Source of the DNA: Tricharina praecox
Taxonomy: Eukaryota
Assembly (NCBI RefSeq): GCF_024521635.1
Contig: NW_026250422.1
Location: 434,001-498,000 of the forward strand
Reading direction: 5' to 3'
DNA: 64,000 bases
Shown here: positions 24,701-36,975 of the stretch, one piece after another
Layout of the letters: each line of letters starts with the position of its first letter
Numbering within the stretch: position 1 is the stretch's first letter
Position numbers and translations under genes: made by a program
The notes under the pieces: generated by a model
What the model saw: the letters and a program-made list of their open reading frames with translations, nothing else
Database searches by the model: none
Told to the model about the DNA's origin: nothing

Positions 24701-25665
24701 GGGGGGGGGGGGGGGGGAGGGCAGGAACTGCCAAAGATGGTTGTTCTTGCTGCTGCTGCTGCGGCAGTGGGCCTGGACGCACGCACGCAGTATATATTGC
24801 CTGTTTGCTGGCTTGGTCTGCGCAGGCGGATTGGCTGGCTGGCTAAATGTTAGGCACTTGACCTCTGGGCCGTGCAAGCAAATCGATACCTTATTTAGTG
24901 TACCTAAGCAGTTAAGCGCGCGTTTTTTCCGTTTGCTTTCGCTTTCTGACATTGGGCACACACTTCTTATGTACTTGGGGATGCTCCGGCGTTTTACCGC
25001 GCTGGGCTGGGCCGCGAGGAACGAAGTGCGCACAGGGTCTACAGGTGAAGAGAATCGGTGACACCTACCAGTATTCGAGCCCAGGTGACGGCTGGTGAGG
25101 GCTGGCGAGGGCTGGTGATGATTGTCTTCCGCCTCGGCTGTTTACTACGGCACTACGGTATGATCCCGAGTGCTCTGTGAAGGGACAATGTACCTACCGT
25201 ACATCATTGAAACGATGCGCGGCGTGAGTATGCTCGATGAGACCGGTACCCAGTGCTGATAGAACCCACGGTCCCCACCGCCGCCGCCGCCGCCGATGGT
25301 CACGCGGGTGTGCACAAGCAATCACTCGTCCATCACTCCTACTCTACACTCTTCATTTCCGATATGTAGCTGGATGATATGTACACACATCTCGCTATGC
25401 CATGACCTAATCAACAAGTTCGACTGCAAAGATACTCAAACAAGCTCTTGACTTGGCTCAACGGCACCCCCAATCATATCTATCACACATACATCATACA
25501 TCCTACTATCATACATCCTACATACTAAGTACATACCTCTTAAGTAGGTAGCCAACGCATCCATCTTCTACATTTCTATTTCCTTTCCGTCTTCCGCAAG
25601 TATGTAAAAAAAATTCAGTTCATGAGAGGTGATCGTCGTCTCCCATAATGGCGCCTTCATATACA

Positions 25666-27843
25666 TTAGTTATCTTTGGTAGCGCTGGTAACGCCGGGCT
25701 CGTCTGTGCTGATGGTGACTTCGTCTGTGCTAATAGAGGCTTCGTCTTTGCTGACGGTGATTTCATCTGTGATAACGCTGGCCTCATCTTTGCTGCCGCT
25801 GGCCTCGTCTTTGCTGCCGGTGACTTCGTCTTTGCTACCGCTGGCCTCGTCTTTGCTGCCGGTGACTTCGTCTTTGCTACCGCTGGCCTCGTCTTTGCCA
25901 ACTTTGGCCCCGTCATTACCCACGCCGGCCTCGGCCGCCGCCGCCCTCGCCGCCACCCTCTTCTCCCACCTGGACCTCTTCTTCTCCGCGGCCATACCGA
26001 TAGTCTTTACAAAGCCCGTCTCATCTCTCGGCTTGCCCACATCCTCGCCAAACCTTGCTCTCAACTCGTCGCCAAACCTCGCGCCATTCCCTAGCGCGAG
26101 GAACTTCCGCGGGTACTGCGAGTCGTAGCGGAAGACGCCCTGGTATAGCAGCAGTAGCCGCCACGCATGCACGCCCTTTTCGTCTGTGGACAGTAGGTCC
26201 CCCGGTGTGATAAGGCTCGGGAAATGAGACTCGCTGTAGCGCACGCGCTTCTTGATCTGCCACAGGATGAGCGCGGCCTTTAGCTCCTCGAACACCGCGG
26301 GTTCGATGCTGCACACGTGCTGGATCAGCGGAGAGAGGTACGGCGAGCTGGTGTCGGGCGCGGTGGGCTCCGTGTCTTCTGTCGCTTTTTGCGCGACTGC
26401 CTGCGATGGGGGTCAGCTATTCAGCGCGAGGGGGGGAAGGTTGGGGATGGGAATGTTCGCCTTACGGTTAGGTATTTAGTAATCGTGAGGGTGTTGTAAG
26501 TTTTCAGGACTTTCTTTTCCATGGTGAAGTGGTAGTTATTCGCGCGGAACTTCAATTGGCTGAACAAGCGCTGGGCCGAGTCGTTTTCCTTATTGATGAC
26601 GCACAGGGCGTGGTTTACATCGCCGCCGGTCAAGCCGCACAGCCCGAAGAATCGGTGGTTGAACGACAGGTTCGTGATGCCGACATCGTCGAATGTGCTG
26701 AATGCTTCGTGGCTCAGAAGGAGCGGCGCGAGCCCCGTCATGTACACTTGCGATATGCCATCGCCGTTGGGTTGCATGCCCGCCGCGATCGCCTGGAAGA
26801 GCGAGGTGTAAGCGCTGGCGAGGTTGGGTTTGGCTGCGGCCCAGGTCTCTTTGCTCTCGGTGAGGAGGATGTCGCGCGCAGGGGCGTCGAAGTCGTCGAT
26901 CATAACGAAGATCTACGTCATGTCAATATACGACGTGGGGTCGCGGAGGTGGAAATGTACATACACCGCGGACATTGTAAAGCGGGCTCTCCTCGTTCTT
27001 ACCGGCCTTGACCGCCTCGAGTTCTCGGCAGACCTGCCGAACGACTTCCTTCAGATTATCCGCGATCTTCCCATGATTCTCGAAATCGCACCCTTCGACC
27101 TCGAGCTTCATTCCCCAGCGCCGATAGCGCTCCACGAACGCCTTGATCTCGCCATTAACGTACTCGCCAAACCTCTCCGCCGTAGCCTCGACGCCCCTGC
27201 CCGCACGCTCAAAGTCCAACTCCAGCACTAGATACCGTCCATTCTCGACCTCCCCCTTCTTCACCGCGGCAGCAACATCCAGCCCCCCAAAGACCTCATC
27301 GAACTGCGGCTTATGCTCCACCGCGTGAAACGCAGCCATCATGCTTTTCGTCAGCGACTTCCCAAAATTGTCCGGCCGACACAACAGCTTAACACGAGCG
27401 CCCTTTTCCGGCTCCTCAGCGCCCTTTTCCGGCTCCTTTCCCGACTCCTTTCCCGGCTCCTTTTCCGCCGCCGGGGAGGGAGTGAGCAGCGGTATATATC
27501 TTGTCTTATCAAAGAACGTCAGCGACTCCGCGCGCAGCGCGCGGAAGTCATGCGCGCCCGCCAACGGGAAGCGGAGGTCGCCGCCGGCTTGCCCCTCCGG
27601 TATGGATAGGCAGGATATGCGGTGGTCACTCGCTGCGAGTAAGCCCGCGGTGCGTGGTTTGGCGGGCGCGGGCGATACGGGCGATACGGGCGATCCGGAG
27701 GTAGAAGCGCTACCCGTCGAGTGCCGGAGGAAGATGGCGCTGGTGAGGGTGAGGGTGAACTCGCTGGTGGGGCGAAGGTGGTTGGCTCGGTGCAGATGAC
27801 GTAGCAGTAACCGGCGGCCATGTCCAGTGAGTGCGGCGGCCAT
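25666..27843 (-). CDS. AAA-ATPase-like (PF09820-type) protein, ~686 aa, with degenerate Walker motifs and a repetitive tail
   Basis: Exons 26965-27843, 26466-26912 and 25666-26400 join in frame (introns 26913-26964 and 26401-26465). Family motifs are F..LR...FFDKT.YI, RPDNFGKSL (Walker A), FGGLDV, YLVLELDF, FVMIDDFDAP (Walker B), MTGL, CGLT..DV, YHF and YN. Confidence 0.8.
25695..25900 (-). repeat. 21-bp coding tandem repeat encoding a 7-aa unit (SKDEASG/SKDEVTG), about 9-10 units
   Basis: Translation GKDEASG SKDEVTG SKDEASG SKDEVTG SKDEASG SKDEASV ITDEITV SKDEASI STDEVTI STDE. Confidence 0.9.
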
Positions 27844-27847
27844 GCTG

Positions 27848-27931
27848 ATGTGGTGGTTGTGGATGTGGTGGTTGTGGATGTGGTGGTTGTGGATGTGGTG
27901 GTTGTGGATGTGGTGGTGGTGGTGGTGGTGT
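27848..27931. repeat. 15-bp tandem repeat (atgtggtggttgtgg)x4 plus (gtg)n, directly upstream of the ATPase-like ATG
   Basis: Read directly from the sequence. Confidence 0.9.
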
Positions 27932-28498
27932 TGCGATGGAGATATGATATGGATCGGGTTAGTTACTTCCTGATGACGAGGTGGATCAATTCAAATTTCA
28001 GTTCACGCTGGCAACAGGAGGTTTTTTTTGACTTTTTTTTTTTTGGTTTTTCCCGTGCTTCGGTTTGCGAAGCGAAACGGCGGGGGCACCCAAGCGGACT
28101 CTGGCGGACGCTTAGGGCCCGGGTCGCTCGCTTAACCGCCACGTGGTGGGGAAAAACCGAATTCACCTTCCTTCCTTCAACCTCGAGCAGAGACATGGAC
28201 GTGGATACGGTAGAGTAGAGTACACATGGAGGGAGAGAGGCCTAGGAAGAAGGGAAGTCTAGACGATGGATCATACACCGTGGTCCAGAACACTGGGGGC
28301 GGGTCGACAACGATGGTCCAGATTTGCAGGGAATAGGTTGTAAGTACCTGCTTATCTAGAGTACTTTACTCTCCGCGTTGTCTGTCGGCGCGGTAGATAG
28401 TTTAGCCAGCCCGCTGGCTGCTCGGGACTTGTCTGCTACATAACTAACGACTCTAGACGCCCTTCCGGTGACATCAATGGTCTCAGCAGTCAGGGCCA

Positions 28499-28576
28499 GT
28501 GGTGGTGGGGGTGGTGGTGGTGGTGGTGGTGGTGGGGGTGGTGGTGGTGGTGGTGGTGGTGGTGGGGGTGGGGGGT
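28499..28576. repeat. (GTG)n microsatellite with GGG interruptions
   Basis: About 25 trinucleotide units read directly. Confidence 0.9.
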
Positions 28577-31500
28577 AACTACCGGACGAGACCGTCTGAA
28601 CTTTGGGGGCCGAGTTCCAACATCAATGCATCCCTCCGTCGGTCGTTGGTCGTCGGTCAACACTTTTCTCTCGCTTCAGTGGCGACCCAACTGTCTGTGA
28701 TACAGAAACGGGCCGAAGACCGCAGGCGCATCGCTTTCCTTTCGTCGACCGGATGGGATATGCTCTGGAAGCAAGCGTGCATATTAGGGAGCGCGGTGAA
28801 CGATGCGCAACGGAAGGAACGAAGGAAGGAACGAGGGAAGGAAGGAGTGGATGTGGAAGCTGCCCAGCAAGTTGCAACGTCTCTCACTCACAGATTTTTC
28901 CCTGCGCGCATGGTCATGAACGCACTCTAGATACTCGTGCAGCGAAAAGAAAGAGAAAAAACCCTCCCATGCCGAAAAGCCGATCCCACAGCACGTACAT
29001 GACACGCGCAAGTAGCTCTCTCTCTCTCTCTCTCTCTCGGCAGCTGTTTGGCCCGATGGGATGTGCGTGATGTGCGTGGGTGGTACGTTGCAGCAACGAG
29101 AAGTTCGTGTTCCTATCATATCGCAGCGCGCAACCGACTGACGTGTCTAGGAAGGATTCGCCTCCTTCGGTCGGGCCACTCACACCTAGCACACGCGCAC
29201 GCTCTCGCTGCGAGTGCCACGATATGTTGCAGAGAGCAGAACTGGATTAGTTAGCCGCCTGCAGAACGCAACATAGAAAGAGGGAAGCTGCGGCACGTTG
29301 CTCTACACACTCTACTCGCTCGTGACGGAACTGGTGATGGTGATGGCACTGATGGCAGCATCGATCGTGTTTGGGCCGTGCATGCATACTCTACATACAC
29401 AATCCCGTCTTCTCATAGGTCATCGTCCCGTGGCCGTCGCCGGCTGCTGCGATTGAAGCGATGCAATCGGCCCGCCTGCCAGCGCGACCAGTGAGGTGCG
29501 GGCGGATAACCACTTACTCATGTATTGTACTCCGTTCGCATACCGTAGAGCACCCTGGCGCTACGGGTGCGACGTGGGTACTCTCGGACTACCTACGTCG
29601 GTGGCTGTGCTGCCAATTCATACTCTAGTCGCCTTCGCTGCTACGCACGCGCGGAGTGCGGACCAAACATCGTTGCGATACGATGCGTTCTAAATAACGC
29701 CTACACAATTCGTTTCGTCTCGGACAACCTCGCAAGACAGGCCGGGGTGGAGAGGAAACGTGTACGCACTGGTCGAAATGGATATTCACAGACCCTCACT
29801 CGTGCGGTGATTCTGCCGGCTGACCGTCCGTCTGTGGCTCGCCACTGTGGCCTGTTCGTTCGTTTGTCCTGGCCATTTGTCCTGGTCAAGACTCGAAGGG
29901 ATTAATGGGATCAAAGGGATCAGCCTGGGCGGTAATCTGCAATCTGCAATCTGTAATCTGTAATCTGCAATCTGCAATTGCCACCTGTGCGGGGGGGATG
30001 CGCGGGTCTTGGGGCTTCGAGATCTACGAGCACTCTGCCCACTCGGCCGCCAGAGGCATCAGGACTTATCCGCTAACTACAGTAGATATGTATATATCTG
30101 GAACCCCGTCGGGTGCGCTACTATAGAGTATCTGGCGTCCATGTAGGTACTGTACTGTACTGTACCTATGTGTCTTTGAGACGGTCGATGCGGCGGTAGT
30201 TAGTTAGTTAGGGCCCCGAGTATGGTACGTACCTACATGCATCGGCGGCCCGTCTGTACAGTAGGTGTGTACATGTGCAGACATCTAGAACGCAGTTACG
30301 CAGGGCGAGCAAGACAAGACAAGATGAACGAAGCATCGAGTACAAGGTAGGTATGTGATGTGATGTGATGTGCCGGCAAGTCAAGTCATCCATCAATGTC
30401 ACTGTATCAGTCAGTAAGCCCTTGAGCAGGTATGTAACTAATCCCGCCCGTTCCTCCCCCCACCACCCCACCACCCCCCCCCCCCCCCCCCCCACTCTCA
30501 TGCTCACGAAGACTCCCACCAAAAAAGCAGAGGAAGAGGAAGAGGAAGGAAGGCAGGATCAACTTCCAAGGGGGCAACGATTGGGCCTGAAGCATTCCCG
30601 TGGATTGCGGATACCAAATCGGAAAATATTCTAGCTGGGTATTCCGAAGGGCTGGATCGGGATGGATGAATGGGTTCCAACGATTCCTTCCTCATCCTCT
30701 CATCCAGCCTCTCATCCTCATCCATCCATTCCATCGGGGAATATGACACATGTACTGTACCTACCCTACCGATGGCCCAGTCCCGATGATGGTGGTGATG
30801 ACCCAGGCCCGATGATGATGCTGGCGATGATGGTGATGATGGCGGTGCAGTTATTCCTTCACTTGAAAAGCAGGGTCCTGACAGAGAGAGCACTATACGC
30901 GCTCCCTTCTACTGGACCGACGTTCAGACGACCTGATGAGCTCCGATTCTGGATGGCGATACATAGTACATATCACACCATTCCACCACGGTCTACGGGG
31001 TTTACGTATGTGTGTATGTAATGGAGGTAAACACGTCCGTCCAGCGCGATTGGCACCAGCCCAGGCCCGTCGATTTCTTGGACTGGACAGCGGCGGTAAG
31101 GTATTCGGGTCACATGTCCTCACGGGATTGGATGTGCCCGGCCGGGGGGGCGTGAAGCGTGGGTGGGAGGACCATCTCGTGCCGGAAGCTTCCCGGACGG
31201 CCGCAAACGTACCGTGATGACGATCGGCCCTTTGCTTTCGTGGCTCCGATGTGGAAGGCATGGGTGTCAAATCACCCGCCAGGTCAGTGGACCGTGGATC
31301 ACCATGGATCCGAGGTGGATTCGAGGTGGCCGATAATACCCGGCTGCTGAGGTGGCCGCGCGGTCTCGCGCGGTCTTGGTCTGGCACCGTCAGTGGAGGC
31401 GGAGGAAACATTCGGTGCCGTACCGTGCCAATCGCGGCGACGGAGGCGGAGGCGGAGGCAATATGGTACGGTACATACGGCAGGACTATCGGTGGGCCTG

Positions 31501-34117
31501 GTAGGTACGTGGATGTACATCGATACTAGGTATGATGTACCTATGATACCAAGTAAGTACATTCTATAGTAGTTGATGACTACCTATCACAGATAGATCA
31601 TCAACCGCACTCGTTTGTACTCTACTATACCTATCCCTCAGCCAGTCAACCAGTCAACCAGTCAACCAGCCAGTCAACCAGCCATTCAGCATCACGTTTC
31701 CCAGCCAGTATTACCAGTATTACCAGTATTACCGCCGTTTCCCGTCCACAGAGCCACCGAGCATTGGCCCTTCCTAGTTCCAAGTTCCAAGTTCCTATCC
31801 GTACCTCCTATCACGTATCGCGACCAAAAAAATCACGCACCTCCAGAGAGCTCTTCGAGTCTCGACCCGTAAGATAGATACCGTAGATACACATTACCTA
31901 CATAGAAAAAATCTCTTCCGACGTTCCGACGTTCCGGCCGCATGTGCGACTGCGACTTTACGAGCACCCAATGTAGATCTGACTGCTTATCAGACGGTAG
32001 TGTTTTTCTTCTCTTATTCTACTCGAGCGACTGTGATGGTGATAGACGTTGCGAGTGCAGTTGGCCTGTGGCCTGTCCGTGCGCGGGTCCGTAGGTCGGT
32101 CGGTCGGCTGTCCATGCTCGCGAAGGACCGTTGAGGCGGTGATGGACTCTGGAGCAGTAGGGCGGGCCTGGCCTGGCTTGGCTTGGCTTGGCTTAGCACA
32201 GGCGGGCTTGGGCTGTTTGCTGGGAGTCGGGATCAACCGCCCCGAACGAAGATCCTGAGCATGTAGATCCTCCACTTCCCACTTCCCTCCGCGCGCGCCC
32301 CGCGAAACGGCCGTTGTCGTGCGAGCGCTTGCCATCGATCATGGGTAACTATCGCTGAGCCAAGCGACGACTCGACGAGAAACACGCTCGCAAAATAGCG
32401 ACCGTATGTATCATAAGAGCGCCCAGCTTACCCTCCCCCCTCCCGTAGATAGCCGCAGTTCGGATTGGCCAGCACACTGGCACCAGCCAAACGATCGATA
32501 TAGATCCGCGGGGGGCACTGCCAGACTGCCAGTCTGCCAGTGACGTTGCCCAATGCCCATGCTGTTTCGGAACTTTCGTTTCGGAACTTTCGTTTCGGCG
32601 GATTGGCGAATCCTGTGGCTCAATCCACCACGCTACCGGTACTCGCTGGTCCTCGGAGACTCGGAGCGTCCACCCTGCTTCTTGCTGTGGCTCCCTCAGT
32701 GGGATTAGGTACGGTGCTCTAGGTAGGCCACGCCCGCACCGTGCACATGTGTCGTGATGCACCCCACCGTGACATCGTTGCATTCTCTGCAAAGGGCGCA
32801 GGGGGGGTCTGTCTCTCTCTCTCTCCTCCTCCGTCTCTTCTCGTCGTCCCACGCAGGCCGGCCAGGGCTCTGCAAAGCCACCCCCTCCACGTCCAGGCCG
32901 ACCAGTCAGCCAGGGACAACGCATCGGCTGCTGCTGGGCGGCTGCTGGGGGTATAGTACTAGCATAACTAGCACTTAGCGACAACGGATGTGCACTGCCT
33001 GCTGCTGCCTTTTTTCGCTATCCTCTGTACGTCGTTGCAGTGTCGCACTCTACCCGCATGGCATGTACTCGAGTAGTTACCGTGCTGCTGATGATGCGGA
33101 CGATGATGATGCTGCTGCTGCTCGTGCTGATGCTGCTGCGATGCTGTTGGCTGCGAGACAGCTCCGTCTGACTGGCTGACTGGTCGGGCCCATGGTGGCC
33201 GTTGAGGGGGCCATGGGTGAAGTGGTCGACGAGTGGTGTGAAGTGGTTTTTTTCCTTCCTTTTTTTCTTCTTCTTTCCCTCTTTGCTTTTCTCCGCTTCC
33301 GAATACCTGTCACCACGTCTCGCATCTACAAGGTACTCCACGGAAAAGAGGCGCACAAGGTACTCTACACGTCCGTCTCGTCTCGTCCATCCAACACTCC
33401 AACACTGGAACACCGCAACTGCGACAATCCAACACCCCACCGCCGAGACGAGAACGGGAACGAGGCCGACAAAGCCACGGATATAATACTGTGCACTGTC
33501 CGCATGTTGGATGCCTCTTTCCCCCTCTGTTTCCCCCGATCAATCCTCATACACATCATCCGCCCAACTCCGCACTAAAACAGCTCCCCCCCCCGCTCCC
33601 AAACCCATCGCATCGACCTGAAACCAAACGCTACTTACACCGTCGGTACCGTCTATATTCATACACGCCCCATCACCACCCTCCATCCGCATATAAGGCT
33701 CCATAACCACGGGATCTGAAAGTCCGCAGTAATCCCGCTTCCCCCCCGCCTGCGTCTGTTTATAATACATCGTCTTGTATATTGCACACACACACATTGG
33801 GCTCCCTCCTTGATTCTGCACATCGCTCCCCACCACTCCCAAGCCTTGCGAACTGCGTGTGCGTTAGACCACAAGCGTGCAACTGCATCCGAGAAAAAAC
33901 CTAAATCCACACCCACCCACGTCCACGTCGCCCACCAGCCCCGGCTCGGTCAGCAGGAGCTATATCATCTACACTTCCCCCATTTTCGACAGGAGATCTT
34001 CTTCTCCTACCCACCGACATCCTGGATCCCACTACCACCACCACCGCCTACGCTTCCCCCACCACATTCAACTCCACCCACTCCGAACAACACACATTTC
34101 CTCCTGTCTGTTGCACA

Positions 34118-36055
34118 ATGGAAGGTCTCTGCCGCTCTTACAGTTCCCCGGCCGCATCTATCCGACGGACACTACGACGGGAAACAAGAAGTATATCCGA
34201 ATGGCGCGAGAAGGGCAAATACCAGCCGTTCGACCTCTCCAAGGCGGCCGAATACCAGGCGCAGAATTTCCCCGACCGGGCTGCGACATGGGACGGCACA
34301 TCGAGAAAGCAGGTATGGTCGTCGCCTACCGTTTCGATTGAGATCGAGTTCAACCACTACGAAGACGACGACGACGATGAGTCGCTAAGCGACGAGGACG
34401 AGTACTACGATGCCTACACACATGATAGCTACAGCTACAGCACCCCACAGCCTGTCCAGGAGACGGTTGCGAGGGATTACTTTTCGGCGCTGCCGAGGAC
34501 GGCAATCGTTGAGGAGGATGAGGAGGAGGAGGAAACGATCAACCGAGCCGAAGATCTCTTTGCCGAAGAGCCCCTAGCCGCCGACGTCTCGGAAGCCGAG
34601 CTGGAGTCGTCGCGACGACGGTCAATCGAGATTGAGCGACAGCCGTTGTTCCTGGAGACGAAAGAGGACGAGGTGGCCGTGGAGGACATCATCCAGCACC
34701 TTGGCGACCCATCGCTGGATCCTCAATCGCCCGCCCCGCTTCAGGAGAAGCCGACGATCACCATCGTCGAGCTGGAGGAGGAACTCGACACGGCTGAGCC
34801 ACCGTCGCCCGAAGAGATCATCGAGCACTCGCCGCCGCCGTCGCGAGGATCCAACGATGCGCCCAAGCCGGACTTCCCGACAATGAACGCCCGCGATCGG
34901 TTCCTCAAGGCGAAGAAGGTGTTGTTCACCGTCGATGTCCTGAAGAAGTGCATTCCTCCGGCGCCGCCCCCAGATGAGTTGATCGAGGAGCCAAGGTCAA
35001 GGAAGGCCAAGGCCATCGCAGCTCCCAAGGCCGTCGCAGCTCCCAAGGCCGTCACTCCCCCGCCGAAAGCCATCACTCCTCCTCCCAAGGAGATTGCCAA
35101 GAAAGTTACGCCCACCGCCAAGATCGCCCTGGAGGCGTTCAAGCCGGCTAAGCCGTCGTTCGCGAAGTTGATCGTTGCGGCGGCTGCAAAGCAAGCTGCT
35201 GAGGCTCCCGTTGTCGAGAAGGAGCCAGTGCCCGTGGTGGAAGTGGCTCCAGCCGCCCCCATCATCAAGGTGACACCGGTCGAGGAAACCGTTCAGATCG
35301 AGCTTACCGCCCCCACCGAGGGCGGAGTTTCCCTGACTCCCACACCTCCACCAACGACAGTATCCCAGCACCTGTACCCTCCCCGCTCCGACGAAGGTTA
35401 CCTTTCCGGTGAGAGCGACAGCGAAAGCGATGATGGCAATGGCGGCTTTGGAGTCTCCCTCGACGAGCAGATTGCCATGCACGACACTTCTAGCGACGAG
35501 GACGAGGCGCCTCTCCCAGAAGACCTCATGACCAGCACCACCTCTGCCCGGTCCAACGAACGCTACCAACACCACTGCCTGGTTCACGGCCACTTCTTCC
35601 CCAAGGCTGGTCCTCTCCGCTCACCAGGCTTCCCCTACGAGCCTTTCTTCCCTCTCATCGAGTGTGATCGCTGCCAGCGCCAGAGCCTTACCGAGGCGTG
35701 GCAGTGCTCGCTTCTCAACCAGTGCGGCATCATCGTGTGCACACCCTGCCACGATGAGCTCGTCCACGGCATTGTCCCGAAGAAGGAAGAGAAGAAGGAG
35801 AAGATCCAAGTGGTGATGGCCGACGCCCTGGATGCGCGCATCAGCGATGTCAAGCAGGGAATGGAACTGGGCATGCAGCGCGGCATGAAGATCGGTTTCG
35901 AAGTGGGACTTGCCGGCAAGGCCAAGGAAATCATCGAGCGCCAGGCTCGTCGCGGGTCCGAGACCCCTGACAGCAACTCCGTCGGCTTCAAGTCCTCGCG
36001 CTCATGGGAGACCGCTCCCAAGGGTGCCAGGCGGAAGATGAGCATGGAGTTTTAA
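34118..36055 (+). CDS. Hypothetical protein (645 aa), largely acidic and Pro-rich, with a C-terminal Cys/His-rich putative Zn-binding domain
   Basis: Long intronless ORF with strong coding bias. Internal repeats KAIAAPKAVAAPKAVTPPPKAITPPP. Motif C-x3-GHFF...CDRC...WQC-x5-C-x2-IVCTPC at 35576-35749. Confidence 0.85.
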   Translation: MEGLCRSYSSPAASIRRTLRRETRSISEWREKGKYQPFDLSKAAEYQAQNFPDRAATWDGTSRKQVWSSPTVSIEIEFNHYEDDDDDESLSDEDEYYDAYTHDSYSYSTPQPVQETVARDYFSALPRTAIVEEDEEEEETINRAEDLFAEEPLAADVSEAELESSRRRSIEIERQPLFLETKEDEVAVEDIIQHLGDPSLDPQSPAPLQEKPTITIVELEEELDTAEPPSPEEIIEHSPPPSRGSNDAPKPDFPTMNARDRFLKAKKVLFTVDVLKKCIPPAPPPDELIEEPRSRKAKAIAAPKAVAAPKAVTPPPKAITPPPKEIAKKVTPTAKIALEAFKPAKPSFAKLIVAAAAKQAAEAPVVEKEPVPVVEVAPAAPIIKVTPVEETVQIELTAPTEGGVSLTPTPPPTTVSQHLYPPRSDEGYLSGESDSESDDGNGGFGVSLDEQIAMHDTSSDEDEAPLPEDLMTSTTSARSNERYQHHCLVHGHFFPKAGPLRSPGFPYEPFFPLIECDRCQRQSLTEAWQCSLLNQCGIIVCTPCHDELVHGIVPKKEEKKEKIQVVMADALDARISDVKQGMELGMQRGMKIGFEVGLAGKAKEIIERQARRGSETPDSNSVGFKSSRSWETAPKGARRKMSMEF

Positions 36056-36905
36056 TGACTTTACTACAAATTTTTCTCTTATGTTGACGACTTTTAACGA
36101 TTACGATTATTTTACGACCCACTTTAACGACACGAACATTTCTTTTCCTTTTTCACGATAACGAATTATTAGAGACGGAACGGAACGATGACGCACTTGC
36201 ATTTGCATCTTGTATAGAAGTTTTCTTCATGCTTTTTTTTCTTACCATCATTCATTTGATCCTTTTTTTATGTCTTTTTTTTTTACGTCTCTTCCATTTT
36301 CAGCGAGCGTGGATTTCTATTGGGAAAGGGAGCTTTTGTATTTGTGTTTCTATGATATTAACGGGGAAGGAGCGCTTTTTTGTATATTGATCGATCGGGG
36401 TGTCTTGTTTTTTCTTTTCATTTCTTCATGGAGTTTTTTTTTTTCTTTCTCTTTTGGTTTTTTTACCATTAATTTCTGGGCCGTAAATGTTTTTTTTGGC
36501 GGGGGGAGGGAGGGGGGGGGGGGGGGGGGGTGAGAGGTGTTGAATAGCAGAATGGATTTGAGAGTGGCAGACAGACAAACCTCAGAGCTCAGAGCGATTC
36601 GCGGAGAAAGTGATGTGAAGTCAACTGAAGTGAACGGCGATAACTAACTGGACACTACTCTACTCCAGCTACGGCTAGGAATCGGAAGAAGAAAATAGAA
36701 AGAAGAAAGGTGCAGAAGGCATCATGCAGAGCATCTTGGATCTACGAGAACTACCGGACCGGACGGCGGCGGGATACTCACCCACTCACGAGCCTGGTGA
36801 GGTGAGGTGGCGAGCCAACTATCTACCAACCTGTGTGAGCGAAACCGGCGGTCTCCTCACCTCACCTCACCGCACCTTGCGCACAAGAAGGAAGGGAAAA
36901 AGCCA

Positions 36906-36975
36906 GTTGAGCGACGAGCCTGTTGAGCGACGAGCCTGTTGAGCGACGAGCCTGTTGAGCGACGAGCCCGTTGAG
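36906..36975. repeat. 16-bp minisatellite (gttgagcgacgagcct)x4.4
   Basis: Three perfect units, one unit with a single change, and a partial fifth unit. Confidence 0.92.

Noticed and set aside
25648..26128. Plus-strand repetitive ORFs (AGLVFAAGDFVFA..., ASSLLPL...)
   Set aside because: They stay open only because the 21-bp repeat lacks stops. The minus frame is continuous with the spliced ATPase-like gene.
27850..34117. Many short ORFs in the 6-kb gene-free interval (also 19.9-20.7, 22-25.6 and 57.7-62.7 kb)
   Set aside because: Translations are low-complexity and microsatellite-driven, with no coding bias or motifs. I found no tRNA or rRNA signatures by eye.
36796..36871. Inverted repeat ggtgaggtgaggtg / cacctcacctcacc
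   Set aside because: It is built from a simple GTGAG pentamer repeat, with no TSD or other support for a MITE or ncRNA.
36906..36975. CRISPR-like appearance of the 16-bp repeats
   Set aside because: The units are head-to-tail with no spacers, there are no cas genes, and the context is eukaryotic. It is a minisatellite.
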